Part shown: positions 25,573 to 35,328 of the stretch, one piece after another
Layout: every line of letters starts with the position of its first letter
Numbering within the stretch: position 1 is the first letter of the stretch
IMG/VR virus record: IMGVR_UViG_3300044700_000691
Location: 1-64,000 of that record
Reading direction: 5' to 3' (one strand)
DNA: 64,000 nt
Made by a program: the position numbers and the translations under genes
The notes under the pieces: generated by a model
Database searches by the model: none
What the model was told of the DNA's origin: nothing
Seen by the model: only the letters and a program-made list of their open reading frames with translations

Positions 25573-25869
25573 ATGGCAATACCTAAAATCGGAGATATTA
25601 AGAAGTTTTCATTTGGTGAAATGACTTCAAACGATACTGGCAAAACTTCTTCTACCTCAACGGCTGGAGTTTACATTATTTTTATTGGAGGTCTATGTTT
25701 CCTATTAGGTTGCATTGACAAAATGTTTTTAGATAAATCTATTGACATTATCAACCAATCTGTAATGTTTACAACAATCGGAGCAGCTTTGCTTGGTGTT
25801 AAGAATATTGTGGGAGGTAAGAAATCTGAAACTTTAACCGAAGAAACTCCAACTGACGAACCTAAATAA
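25573..25869 (+). CDS. two-TM membrane protein, holin candidate
   Basis: two TM segments, charged C-terminal tail, late promoter upstream. Confidence 0.55.
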   Translation: MAIPKIGDIKKFSFGEMTSNDTGKTSSTSTAGVYIIFIGGLCFLLGCIDKMFLDKSIDIINQSVMFTTIGAALLGVKNIVGGKKSETLTEETPTDEPK

Positions 25870-25892
25870 GATTATCCAATATTGATAAACTG

Positions 25893-25920
25893 AAAGAGGA
25901 GACCCAGTCTCCTCTTTTTT
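25893..25920 (+). terminator. intrinsic (possibly bidirectional) terminator
   Basis: AAAGAGGAGAC/GTCTCCTCTTT plus T run. Confidence 0.8.
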
Positions 25921-26179
25921 ATTTTAACATGTTTGTAAGGTAGTGTCCAATAAAGCAGTGTATTCTGGGCCAGCCTAATTTTGCCCTAAATGAATTTTCT
26001 AAATCAGTTAGTGGTTGAGCGCCTCCAGTCCAAATAAAATTTATTAACATAAAGATTACTGGAAATGCAACCCATGCTGGAGAATGTATGAGTAGATGAG
26101 GTAGGTAGCATGCCATACAAAAAAGTAAAAGTCCATGCAGTGTAATTGTTAGGGTTAGGCAGAGTTTGTGTGTTATCAT
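25919..26179 (-). CDS. membrane protein (DUF2784-like)
   Basis: two TM segments then PLTDLENSFR...FIGHY. Confidence 0.65.
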   Translation of the reverse strand: MITHKLCLTLTITLHGLLLFCMACYLPHLLIHSPAWVAFPVIFMLINFIWTGGAQPLTDLENSFRAKLGWPRIHCFIGHYLTNMLK

Positions 26180-26364
26180 TTTATGGGGTCTATGTAAAAC
26201 TTTTTATAGTCATAAAGATCCGCACACTTTTCATATTCTTCCCTGGATTCTAACCAGTGGATTACTTCATCTATTCTTGACCAGTATTTGGAATTATATC
26301 CATACTTATCAAGGTCCTTAAAGACCTTTTCCATTTCCTCATCGGACGTATTCTTCTTTACCAT
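26176..26364 (-). CDS. small protein with UVR-like motif
   Basis: LESREEYEKCADL. Confidence 0.7.
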   Translation of the reverse strand: MVKKNTSDEEMEKVFKDLDKYGYNSKYWSRIDEVIHWLESREEYEKCADLYDYKKFYIDPIK

Positions 26365-27316
26365 GCGAATATGAATATTTTGGCTGTACCTTTATAGTAT
26401 ATTTAACCTCAAGGTTAAGCAAAATATTCATGCACTCAACAAAGTCCGCTGTATGCAAATTCAAGACACTTTGATAATCGTCTTTACGATATCCTCCAAA
26501 TAGAGCGCAACTTACTGGAAGAGGCCTGCCTAACTTTTTATCCATGGATTTAACCCAATTCCAAAAAATTGTAGAGCACTCTAACCATTGTTCAGTTGAA
26601 CACTGAAATCCTAAATCATCCCATTCATGCGAGTCTGCACCATGACACCATACAACATATCCAATTTGGCCAGTTAAGATAGCCTCTTCTAATTTTTGTA
26701 GATTCCATTTAAGATTATTAATATATGAAGTACCTCTGCCAATTGGATTAATATTAAATTCAGAAGGAACAGCTTTATCTAAATCTTTAACAAATGCCCT
26801 AGCATCTTCAACCGAATTTCCAAAGTGTCCGTCTAGATCTAAATAAGCTCCGCTTAATCCAAACTCTTGTAGGATTTTAATTGATGCAATAACTTGACCA
26901 CTAAATGTACAGAAGCCGCTGCCTCCATCTGGTCGAGCATGGTGAAATCCGCTAGTTGGACTAAAATGAACCTGATCTGGTTCTACAATAGAACCCCGTA
27001 TTGCAGCGTGCAGTGATGCATTAGTATAGCGAACTGACTCTGCAAATTGAGTAGACCAGTCGAGTCCATTTGATTCACAGCCTTTTTGTCCACTAAAGAA
27101 TGAATTTACATATCTTTTAGTGTGGGCAATCTTAAAATCTTTATTTGTATATGGTGTAAAATCTTCAACAATATCAAAATGTTCGCCTAATCCCTCTGCC
27201 TCAAAATTTTCAAGTAACCTCTTTGGTTTTAGCGGAGACTTGCTAAAATTACCACCGGAGTCCTTTGCTAGGACCTGTTTAGGTGTGTAGTGTACTTTAA
27301 TTGTATTTTTTCTCAT
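26339..27316 (-). CDS. histone deacetylase family (HDAC/AcuC-like) amidohydrolase
   Basis: GFHHA...GFCTF, LDLDGHFGN, GADSH..D and GGY. Confidence 0.9.
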   Translation of the reverse strand: MRKNTIKVHYTPKQVLAKDSGGNFSKSPLKPKRLLENFEAEGLGEHFDIVEDFTPYTNKDFKIAHTKRYVNSFFSGQKGCESNGLDWSTQFAESVRYTNASLHAAIRGSIVEPDQVHFSPTSGFHHARPDGGSGFCTFSGQVIASIKILQEFGLSGAYLDLDGHFGNSVEDARAFVKDLDKAVPSEFNINPIGRGTSYINNLKWNLQKLEEAILTGQIGYVVWCHGADSHEWDDLGFQCSTEQWLECSTIFWNWVKSMDKKLGRPLPVSCALFGGYRKDDYQSVLNLHTADFVECMNILLNLEVKYTIKVQPKYSYSHGKEEYVR

Positions 27317-27522
27317 AATCCTTGTAATATAGTGATACCAGAAATGGCCGAGACCAATTGGTCTAGCCTTTCTATATCTAATAATACCAAAAGATCTGTA
27401 AAAATGGCACCTGGGTATTCGTATTCAATTAGACTCTCTAGCTGCTCCAGGGCTACTCTGGTGACTGCCAGGGACTCATTTGGAACCCGAATTAGGTAAC
27501 TAGTTGTCATCGTCCTCATCAT
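27313..27522 (-). CDS. hypothetical protein, 69 aa
   Basis: ORF in operon; contains a GC-rich CCWGG patch. Confidence 0.55.
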   Translation of the reverse strand: MMRTMTTSYLIRVPNESLAVTRVALEQLESLIEYEYPGAIFTDLLVLLDIERLDQLVSAISGITILQGL

Positions 27523-28237
27523 CTAAGAAATCATCTGGTGAGCCGATTTCTATTTCTTTACTAAGCTCTTCAATTTCATCAACATATTCCATTAATTCAG
27601 TAAATGAAAGCTTAGCTTCTTTATTTAGTTCGTCAATCATATATTCTTTTTCTTCTGGCGAACCGTACCTTGCAATTTCAAGCAAAAACCCAGAAATAAT
27701 ATCAAATAGGGTCCATCTGCGTTCAGCTTCAACTGCAATTTCATAAGTTTGATCGTTTGGAATATCTAGAGCAGTCTGTTCGCATATTACAAATTTACAT
27801 AGGTCCCTTAACATAATAAAATCTAGGTCAGTAATAACATCCGAGTCACTGCCTACTATTGTGCTAACTCCAAGTAGATTTGGAACAATATCTAAAATCG
27901 TCATATCCGAAGATGCCGTCATTCTGACTTTCCACGCCAATTCGATATAATCGAGCGCCGGTTGTTTAATTGAGGCCATATACGCCTCTTGTAAAAAAAG
28001 GTCAAAATCTACTTCATTAAGATAACCATTAAAAATTAAGTTAACTTCATCAGCAAAGTCTCCAATTATTAAAAGAAGATTGCTAACTGTAACGTCATTA
28101 TCAAATTCAGCAAAATTACCAAAATAGCTTGATAGTCTTCCAGTTATTCTGGTTTCTTTAATGGGCTGGCCAGTTTCTGGATCCCAATCAACTTGATAGA
28201 ATCCATCGGACTTTATTAAAATGCTCTTGTGTATCAC
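27500..28237 (-). CDS. hypothetical acidic protein, 245 aa
   Basis: long ORF. Confidence 0.8.
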   Translation of the reverse strand: MIHKSILIKSDGFYQVDWDPETGQPIKETRITGRLSSYFGNFAEFDNDVTVSNLLLIIGDFADEVNLIFNGYLNEVDFDLFLQEAYMASIKQPALDYIELAWKVRMTASSDMTILDIVPNLLGVSTIVGSDSDVITDLDFIMLRDLCKFVICEQTALDIPNDQTYEIAVEAERRWTLFDIISGFLLEIARYGSPEEKEYMIDELNKEAKLSFTELMEYVDEIEELSKEIEIGSPDDFLDDEDDDN

Positions 28238-28317
28238 AGGTACCGAATTTTTATTTTTTATACTCTAGAAAAATATTTTGAACCCAAATAAATATCTATA
28301 GAAATATTTAATAAACT

Positions 28318-30129
28318 ATGCACAAATCATTCCTGGACCTAGTACTAGAGTCTAATCAAGTCGAAGAAATGGCTCTACAGCCAGAACAGTTTCCAGATAA
28401 TTATCTAAAGAAGGCAAAGGACCGTCAAGCCCTTGCTAGAGAAATTGCGCCATTGGCTAAAAGCTTTCAAGAAGCTTTGGTTAATTTAAATTGGAGAGAA
28501 ATTACCTGGCAAACCAGAGGAAGCTCATTCTATCCACTGCTGCCTGCACCAATTATGGCAATCTATACTGAGGCTAAAGGTAAAATTACTGGAGGCGGCG
28601 ATTCATTTATTAGTAATTATATGAATAGTAATTTTGGTAAATGGGCTGATGCTAATAACCAAAGCGACTGTATTCATATGGAAGTAGACTCAAGCGGTCG
28701 TTCACACTTTCCAGGTGGAGGAATTCCAAGTTCGCTCAGAGGAGCTCGGCTTGGTTATAAATTGTATAGAGCCCTACTTGAACAAAAGAAATGGTTAAAA
28801 TCAAATACGGCTGGAACCCTAGAAAAAGATAATGCATGGGCATCTTTAATTTCTCCAAAATTAAATGCAGACGGATCCCTTAGTGAGGATGACGTACATG
28901 CAATTCTTGGACCAGACTGTGTATTTGCAATGATTAAAACAATCAGTAATGATCAAAAAATTAGATTTGCAACAAGTTTCCTAGATAATAATGTTAGCTA
29001 CAATAATGTAACTCCAAGAAATTTTGGAATTGATGATGAATTAAAAGCTATTTTACCAGCTGATGTAATGGCAAGGTTTGATCCAGCTGAAAGAGAAAGA
29101 TTAGAACGCGAACGTAGAGAAAGAGAAAATCTTGAAGCAGCTGAACGCGCAAGAGCATATGGCACTGAACGAGGAATTCAATGGGAAGCTCAACCAGAAA
29201 TTGGAGATATTGTTTATGTTAGACAATATGCAAACGGCAGAGATACCTCAATTCCAGTTAGGGTATTAGCCGGAGTTCTTAATAATACTGTAATTGCAAT
29301 TACAGTTCCAAATTATATTGATTGGGTTGAAAGAGGTAGCGAGGCAAGCCAACTTTCTTCTTTTGATACTAGAACCTGTAACAATAATCCTGAAGCAATT
29401 AAAGCTCAATTTGTTAAAGTAGATCCTGCACAAATCCCAGGAATCGAGGATGATTCAACTGTGATTAGAAGCAGATATAGTTCAACTGATTGGCGAATAG
29501 TTAAAGATTTTATTATAAACCTAATTGATCCAGAAGTTGCAGCTAGAATAAGAGCTGAACGTGAAGAAAGGGAACGTACTGAAAGAGAAGAGCGCGAAAG
29601 AATTGAAGCTGAACGTCAAATACAGCGTGCACAAAATGAAGAAAGATTTGGGCCAAGCGTAGAAACTTTCTTAGACGATCAATATAAAGCATCACTAGAA
29701 GGTCGTAGTCCAGGTGGAACATACGGTACCAAGCAACTTAAGCGTGGTCAAATGACAGATATTGCACTTTCACCAGATCAAATGGATAGATTTAATAGAA
29801 GAAAATCTACACCAGTATTTGCACCAGTTAGAACCAACTATTTAAATACAATCAATGGATATTCAATCGAAGAACCAATTGATGGATTAGGTCTTACAAG
29901 ATTCCGTTTAGAAAGATTTGATAGCAAGCGTGCAACTACACCAAACGAAATGCTCTATATTGCATCGCATAATACATATTATGGAATTGTTGCACCAGTT
30001 GACTATTATGTAGTTAACCGTGCTAGAAACGAAGAGTATATTTACTTAAGAGTTTTTGATAATACAAGCGGTCGTGCAAGAAAAATTGCAATTAGGGTTG
30101 CTGCACTACGTAAAATCGTTGCCTATTAA
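28318..30129 (+). CDS. putative capsid-internal multidomain protein with GNAT-like acetyltransferase domain
   Basis: leader MHKSFLDLVLE; IPSSLRGARLGYKLYRALL (GNAT motif A-like); two E/R-rich single-helix linkers. Confidence 0.7.
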   Translation: MHKSFLDLVLESNQVEEMALQPEQFPDNYLKKAKDRQALAREIAPLAKSFQEALVNLNWREITWQTRGSSFYPLLPAPIMAIYTEAKGKITGGGDSFISNYMNSNFGKWADANNQSDCIHMEVDSSGRSHFPGGGIPSSLRGARLGYKLYRALLEQKKWLKSNTAGTLEKDNAWASLISPKLNADGSLSEDDVHAILGPDCVFAMIKTISNDQKIRFATSFLDNNVSYNNVTPRNFGIDDELKAILPADVMARFDPAERERLERERRERENLEAAERARAYGTERGIQWEAQPEIGDIVYVRQYANGRDTSIPVRVLAGVLNNTVIAITVPNYIDWVERGSEASQLSSFDTRTCNNNPEAIKAQFVKVDPAQIPGIEDDSTVIRSRYSSTDWRIVKDFIINLIDPEVAARIRAEREERERTEREERERIEAERQIQRAQNEERFGPSVETFLDDQYKASLEGRSPGGTYGTKQLKRGQMTDIALSPDQMDRFNRRKSTPVFAPVRTNYLNTINGYSIEEPIDGLGLTRFRLERFDSKRATTPNEMLYIASHNTYYGIVAPVDYYVVNRARNEEYIYLRVFDNTSGRARKIAIRVAALRKIVAY

Positions 30130-30881
30130 TTAACAGGAAACATTTCGTAGAATTTATCAAGCCTTTCTAAGAATTTATTATAATACAATTTAAGATCCTC
30201 AGTATTCATTTCGAAATATTGAGGATCCATTGTTTGCTCGTTAGAGATCCAAATCTGTGCCTGAGAAATCTTAATTTTATATCTATCCCAAACCGCAACT
30301 GAGTACGCTGCAACTTGAAGTTTATAATCTTCAATCCACTCTTCCCTTTTTGGTTTACGTGAAGTTTTAAAATCAATTACCGCAAACGAACCATCAACTA
30401 ATTCTGAAACATTATCAACAGTTCCAGCATATCCGCCGTTTCTATGAGTCCACAGAAACTGTTCCTGCATTACAGTTTTCTTGATTCGGTCAAACGAACC
30501 TGATCTAATGTAATTATAGAACATCATTCCGCCAACAATCTTAGCACGATTATCCTGTTTGTCAATTTCCTCGTCTAATCGGGTAAGTCCCAATGTTTCC
30601 TCTAATCGAGTTTGAGTAGTCATTGAACCTGGAAGATTAAGATAAATTTCGCAAAGTCTGTGCATAATATTGCCACGGTCTAGTGCATTTTGACTTACTC
30701 GAGTTGCCTCAGCTTCGCCAACCCGTTCTTTCCATTTATCAATACCTGTAGTATCGGCAGTTGATCCTAAAATAGTCGTTACACTTGGAAATGGTCCCAA
30801 TTGACCATGTTCTTCAGAATTTACTTGGTAATATCTTTTATTGTTAAGCGTTACTCGCTTAATTGTGTCGTTAGTTTGCAT
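30126..30881 (-). CDS. PD-(D/E)XK exonuclease (RecB/Cas4-like phage family)
   Basis: PSVTTIL, RGNIMH, GYAGTVD, VIDFKTS, QVAAY. Confidence 0.85.
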   Translation of the reverse strand: MQTNDTIKRVTLNNKRYYQVNSEEHGQLGPFPSVTTILGSTADTTGIDKWKERVGEAEATRVSQNALDRGNIMHRLCEIYLNLPGSMTTQTRLEETLGLTRLDEEIDKQDNRAKIVGGMMFYNYIRSGSFDRIKKTVMQEQFLWTHRNGGYAGTVDNVSELVDGSFAVIDFKTSRKPKREEWIEDYKLQVAAYSVAVWDRYKIKISQAQIWISNEQTMDPQYFEMNTEDLKLYYNKFLERLDKFYEMFPVN

Positions 30882-31480
30882 CGTAGTTCTTCTATCTTGT
30901 CAATCATCCAATCGACGTTGACTGGTTTATAATCTGTTATACACGCACAAGCTGACATGGTTCCCGCTAATGGGTGGATGTGCCTGTGAGAGTGTCCATA
31001 TAGGTGGTATGCTCCACGATATTTGCCATTCCATTCATAAAGAGGATAGTGAAATAGCACAAATCTTTTAAAACCCCAATCGCTATCGTCTTTAATCATA
31101 ATTTCTTTGTAGTTTGTAAATTCTACAATATCCATTACTTCTCTTAAATTATAGAGCCAGGCTTGATCTATGTGAAGATCATGGTTACCAATAATCCAGT
31201 GGACTTTTCCAGGAAGTTTTCCAAATTTTCCTAGGTTTTCACGAATGTGTTTAAATTTAGTTCGCTCCATTGCAAGATCACCTAAGAAAAAAACGTGATC
31301 GTCTTCGCCTACTGTCTCATGCCAGTTTTTGGCAATGGTTTGGTCGTGCTCTTTAATATCAGCAAAGTTGTGTAATCCTTCTTCGAATCGTAAGACATTT
31401 CCATGTCCTATATGTAAATCGCTAATGAACCAAGTGGTGGCTCTGTCAAATGTGTTTTCTGCACTAAATATTTGTTCCAT
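30851..31480 (-). CDS. calcineurin-like metallophosphoesterase
   Basis: SDLHIGH, LGD, GNHD, HYP, GHSH. Confidence 0.9.
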   Translation of the reverse strand: MEQIFSAENTFDRATTWFISDLHIGHGNVLRFEEGLHNFADIKEHDQTIAKNWHETVGEDDHVFFLGDLAMERTKFKHIRENLGKFGKLPGKVHWIIGNHDLHIDQAWLYNLREVMDIVEFTNYKEIMIKDDSDWGFKRFVLFHYPLYEWNGKYRGAYHLYGHSHRHIHPLAGTMSACACITDYKPVNVDWMIDKIEELRCKLTTQLSE

Positions 31481-32540
31481 CTAATAGTTTATTACTAACA
31501 TACTCGAATGCAGTTTCAGCGTCTTGCATTACTTTATCTTTCTGTTGGTTAGCTAAATCAGTTAAGGCTTTATCGTATTTAGATGAAGTTCTGTGTTTAT
31601 GTAGTTTTTGTGCATAAATCTTAACAACCTCTTCTAAAAGTTCCTTTGAACTATTATACTTAAAATTTGGTAAATCATACGTGCCAGTTTTTTCAAGAGT
31701 TCTGGCAAATCCTAAGATTCCATTACAAATTTGTTCAAGTGAAAGTTGTGTTACATCAATTCCAGGATGTTCATTTAGGTAATCATCAATTACAAGTTCG
31801 CGTTTAGTTCCAGAGAATTCATCAACAAATTCAGCAAGATGTAAAATAAATTTAGAGAAATCTCTTGTGATAATCTTTTCCTCAACATCTTTACGCATAT
31901 TGGGTCCAACCAATTCTCCATTTTTAATTTTAGCAACAACTCCACGATCAGTAACAGATACGTCTAGCGCATTGCCAAAAGATTGATATAAAAATCCTAC
32001 TACAAAACCTTTAATTCCTCTAATTGGAGTATATCGAGCCTTTGCCCATTCGGCTGAATAGGTAAATGTTGGAATAATATCAACTTGAACTGGGCCTGCG
32101 CTTAGGTTAATTACAAGTTTTAGACTGCCATCTGAAATTGCATCGCTCTCCTCTGCATCAATTTCAGGTTGAGGATTTGCCTGAATCCACTTCAGCATAA
32201 GCTGATTGTATTCTTTCATGGTATCAATTTCAACTCGTCTTGATTGAGGTTCAGTTAATGGATATTCAACTAAAATGTCAACGTCGCCGTATGCTTTGTC
32301 TGGGTTCTCTTCTAAATCCTGTTTAAAATAAACGCCAGATCCACCTGGACCAAGTACTTTTAGCGGAGCCATATCCAATTTTTCTAGATGAGTATTAAAT
32401 TTACCAAAAATAAATTCCAATACTTTAACTGACTCCTGTAGAACAGTTGGTGTAATTTTAGTCCCCTGAGTTTTTGTTGTTGCCCAACCTCCCATTTCCT
32501 GTATTTTTAAAAATCCTGTAAAAGATTCAATGATTCTCAC
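31464..32540 (-). CDS. pol-beta superfamily nucleotidyltransferase-like protein with CTS-like leader
   Basis: GGSG...YGDVDILV...VQVDII; leader MRIIESFTGFLKIQE. Confidence 0.65.
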   Translation of the reverse strand: MRIIESFTGFLKIQEMGGWATTKTQGTKITPTVLQESVKVLEFIFGKFNTHLEKLDMAPLKVLGPGGSGVYFKQDLEENPDKAYGDVDILVEYPLTEPQSRRVEIDTMKEYNQLMLKWIQANPQPEIDAEESDAISDGSLKLVINLSAGPVQVDIIPTFTYSAEWAKARYTPIRGIKGFVVGFLYQSFGNALDVSVTDRGVVAKIKNGELVGPNMRKDVEEKIITRDFSKFILHLAEFVDEFSGTKRELVIDDYLNEHPGIDVTQLSLEQICNGILGFARTLEKTGTYDLPNFKYNSSKELLEEVVKIYAQKLHKHRTSSKYDKALTDLANQQKDKVMQDAETAFEYVSNKLLDGTNI

Positions 32541-32559
32541 TGCGATTAAGTAATTTTAG

Positions 32560-33117
32560 TTATTTATCGAAACCTAATTTCTTTAGCTCTGCAATAGTTT
32601 CCTTGGCACTAGTATGTAAAATGCCAGTTCCTCCAGCTGCAATCCATGCATCTAATTTCTTTGGAGTATCATCAATCAAGATATCGCTTGGGCCAGTTGC
32701 AAATTCAAATTTGTTACTATAAAAAATAGTCCTTTCTTTACCGGTCCAGTCCTCTAGTTTTGTAATATATGGAAAGTCCCAGTTTAGATTGCGCTTAAGC
32801 CATTTTGCTTTACCTGTAATTGAATTAGGATCAAGCGATGGTGAAGACAGGATAGTTGGGTTAAACTTTCGAATAAATGTCCAAAGGTCAATACCATCAG
32901 TCATCCATTCCATGCCGGCCCAAAATGGTTCGCCGGCTTTTCCAACCAGTTTCCAACTTGCATTTTTTGAATATTCCTTTTGAAATTCAGCTATTGTCAT
33001 TCCAGCCTCCTTTTCAAACTGAGAATCCCAATCTGAAAGTACTCCATCCATATCGCAAAATATTCGCGCTGTCTGGACACTCTCATTAAATTGTGTGTAT
33101 GGTTTAATGTGTTGCAT
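32560..33117 (-). CDS. HAD-family 5'(3')-deoxyribonucleotidase with CTS-like leader
   Basis: FCDMDGVL, ILSSP, K..W, ILIDD; leader MQHIKPYTQFNE. Confidence 0.85.
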   Translation of the reverse strand: MQHIKPYTQFNESVQTARIFCDMDGVLSDWDSQFEKEAGMTIAEFQKEYSKNASWKLVGKAGEPFWAGMEWMTDGIDLWTFIRKFNPTILSSPSLDPNSITGKAKWLKRNLNWDFPYITKLEDWTGKERTIFYSNKFEFATGPSDILIDDTPKKLDAWIAAGGTGILHTSAKETIAELKKLGFDK

Positions 33118-33124
33118 ATTATAT

Positions 33125-33925
33125 TTATTGTTGTAGGCTTGGTACCCAATGAGTAGTTCTGCCGTCTGCTGTTTTTTCTCTAATTACTGTATTTCCATGA
33201 GGATCTTCCCGTTTGCCATATACTTCAAATTCAAACACAAAGTCGCCAGTTTCGCCTGTCACCTGTTGATAGTTTCTAATACTTGCTCCACCTTGCTTAT
33301 AGGATGACCTACTTATTAGCTTAGCATAATCCCATAATAAAGAAACGTCATTATCAGTAAGGTCTCTAACTAATCTATGTGGGGAGATCTTTGTTCTGTA
33401 TAACATTTCGCATTTAATATAGTTTCCTATTCCTGCAAAAAGGCGCTGATCCATTAGTGCCTCAACTATAGTTTTGTTTGGAACCCGTTCAAACGATCTT
33501 ATTGTATCATACATAGTTGCACTTTGGTCATTGAGTGCATCAACCCCTAGGGTTTTTAATTTTGCATCCAATTCAACCTTAGTTGCAAATTTAAGCGTAC
33601 CAAATCGGCGCTGGTCAACAAAAAATAGCTCTAGGCCATCATCAAATACTAATTTAATATGAGAATGCGGCTTTTCATAGATTGACCAAAAGCCGCTCAT
33701 ACCTAGAGTAATCCAGATAGACATGCCCTCTTCTAATTCCAGCCAGATGAATTTACCCTTAACTCCGCCTCCAACTACCTCCAGGGGCAGCCCCAGGGTC
33801 TCCAGGCCGCTTGGGGGAGTCTTTAGGAAGCGCCCTCCAAGTATTTCTACGTTAACTAATTTTTTATTAATGCAGTGGTTTCTTAAACCTTCATATACTC
33901 GTCTGCACTCAGGTCCTTCTGGCAT
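33125..33925 (-). CDS. Fpg/Nei family DNA glycosylase/AP lyase
   Basis: N-terminal MPEGPE, KGK, DQRRFG, H2TH LMDQRLFAGIGNY, C-terminal GRTTHWVP without zinc-finger cysteines. Confidence 0.92.
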   Translation of the reverse strand: MPEGPECRRVYEGLRNHCINKKLVNVEILGGRFLKTPPSGLETLGLPLEVVGGGVKGKFIWLELEEGMSIWITLGMSGFWSIYEKPHSHIKLVFDDGLELFFVDQRRFGTLKFATKVELDAKLKTLGVDALNDQSATMYDTIRSFERVPNKTIVEALMDQRLFAGIGNYIKCEMLYRTKISPHRLVRDLTDNDVSLLWDYAKLISRSSYKQGGASIRNYQQVTGETGDFVFEFEVYGKREDPHGNTVIREKTADGRTTHWVPSLQQ

Positions 33926-33990
33926 AATTGTTGTTTTTAATATTATACCTATTTGCGCAAATAAATAACTGTAAAATAGATCTATTTAAA

Positions 33991-34413
33991 ATGATTTACA
34001 ATTTCAAAGATTTCGTTACTAAGGTTGACGAGAACGTAAACTCTAATGAGTTTTTAAACAAATTCGGTTTAACTGAAGAAGAAGATGCGGCAGAAGCTGA
34101 TGCTCCAGTTGAAGAAGAGCCAACTGAAGAAGCTCCTGAAGAAGGTGCTGATTTAGAAGCTTTCAAAAAAGAACACCTTGATGTAATGTTCAATGAACTT
34201 TCATCTGATGATTTCGATTCATTCTATTCTAGCGAATTCAAAGAGTGGAAAGAAATGGAAGATGGTGAAGAAAAGGAAGCTAAAAAAGAAGAGATTCTTA
34301 ATAAAATTAAGGATATGTTCCAATTAGGCGAAGAAGAGAAAGAAGAAGAAGCTCCTGAAGAAGGTGAAGAACCTGCTGAAGAACCAGCTGCTGAGGAAAC
34401 TCCAGAAGCATAA
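33991..34413 (+). CDS. extremely Glu-rich late protein, 140 aa (core/scaffold or DNA-mimic candidate)
   Basis: start moved to the ATG after the late promoter; leader MIYNFKDFVTKVDE; EEAPEEG repeats. Confidence 0.75.
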   Translation: MIYNFKDFVTKVDENVNSNEFLNKFGLTEEEDAAEADAPVEEEPTEEAPEEGADLEAFKKEHLDVMFNELSSDDFDSFYSSEFKEWKEMEDGEEKEAKKEEILNKIKDMFQLGEEEKEEEAPEEGEEPAEEPAAEETPEA

Positions 34414-34426
34414 TTAAATTTTTCCT

Positions 34427-34834
34427 ATGAAATCTCAACAAAAAGCAAAGCTTAAAGAAGAGGGTATCAAAATTGTTGAATTTGCAAAAGCAAATAAAAG
34501 TAAGTGGCGCTATATTCTATATGTAATAGGCGGCCTACTTGTTTTTTATGGATTAGTTTATGTTTTTACTCCAAAGCCACAAATGCCAGTAGAGTATAAA
34601 GCAATTATTGATTCGTTAACTGTTGCAAATAAAGAGTTAGAGGCAAAACAACTAAAAATCGATAGTTCAATTAAGGTTTATGAAACCGAAGTAAAGGCGA
34701 TTGATTTTCAGGTTGATAATATTAAAGAAAAGACTACAATTATTCGTGAATTTTATCATGAAAAAAGCGCAGCCGCTTCTACTTACAATTCAACCCAAAT
34801 TGATTCTTTCTTTAAAGCTAGATACAATTATTAA
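34427..34834 (+). CDS. TM-anchored coiled-coil protein (i-spanin-like candidate)
   Basis: single TM then coiled coil. Confidence 0.65.
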   Translation: MKSQQKAKLKEEGIKIVEFAKANKSKWRYILYVIGGLLVFYGLVYVFTPKPQMPVEYKAIIDSLTVANKELEAKQLKIDSSIKVYETEVKAIDFQVDNIKEKTTIIREFYHEKSAAASTYNSTQIDSFFKARYNY

Positions 34835-34835
34835 T

Positions 34836-35237
34836 ATGAAGAACTTACTTTTTATAATTGCACTATTTCCAGTTTTTGCATTTGCACAAACTGCACCACA
34901 AGATACAGTTAAAATTCCAGCACCTGTTGCAAAACAGATTGTTAAAGATTTAATTAGTGGTGATAGCGCAAAAGCTGAACTTACTCTTGTAAATAAACAA
35001 CTTTTTTTACTTAATCAAAAAATAGTATTAAAGGACAGTATTATTTCTGGACATGTTCAAAAGGGCAGTATGTACGAAGATCGTATTAAAAACGAGCAAT
35101 TGAAATTTGAAACTCAAGGATTATGGGTTAAAGATCTTCAAAAGCAAAATAAGAAACTTAAAACCAAATTAACATTTACTAAAGTTATTAGTGGAATATT
35201 AATTGGTAGCTTAGGATATCTCTACATTATGAAATAG
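34836..35237 (+). CDS. signal peptide + coiled coil + C-terminal TM protein (lysis accessory candidate)
   Basis: start moved to MKNLLFIIALFPVFAFAQ. Confidence 0.65.
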   Translation: MKNLLFIIALFPVFAFAQTAPQDTVKIPAPVAKQIVKDLISGDSAKAELTLVNKQLFLLNQKIVLKDSIISGHVQKGSMYEDRIKNEQLKFETQGLWVKDLQKQNKKLKTKLTFTKVISGILIGSLGYLYIMK

Positions 35238-35276
35238 TTTAACTGTAACAAATATTGAATAAATTTGTTACACAAT

Positions 35277-35313
35277 AAAAAAGGGACAGCTATTAGCCGT
35301 CCCTTTCTTTTTT
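35277..35313. terminator. bidirectional terminator
   Basis: AAAGGGAC-AGCT/AGCC-GTCCCTTT flanked by A and T runs. Confidence 0.75.
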
Positions 35314-35328
35314 ACATGAGGTATAAGA

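Noticed and set aside
30126-30881. Cas4 / CRISPR adaptation gene
   Set aside because: It lacks the four-Cys Fe-S motif and any CRISPR context; it is an ordinary phage PD-(D/E)XK exonuclease.
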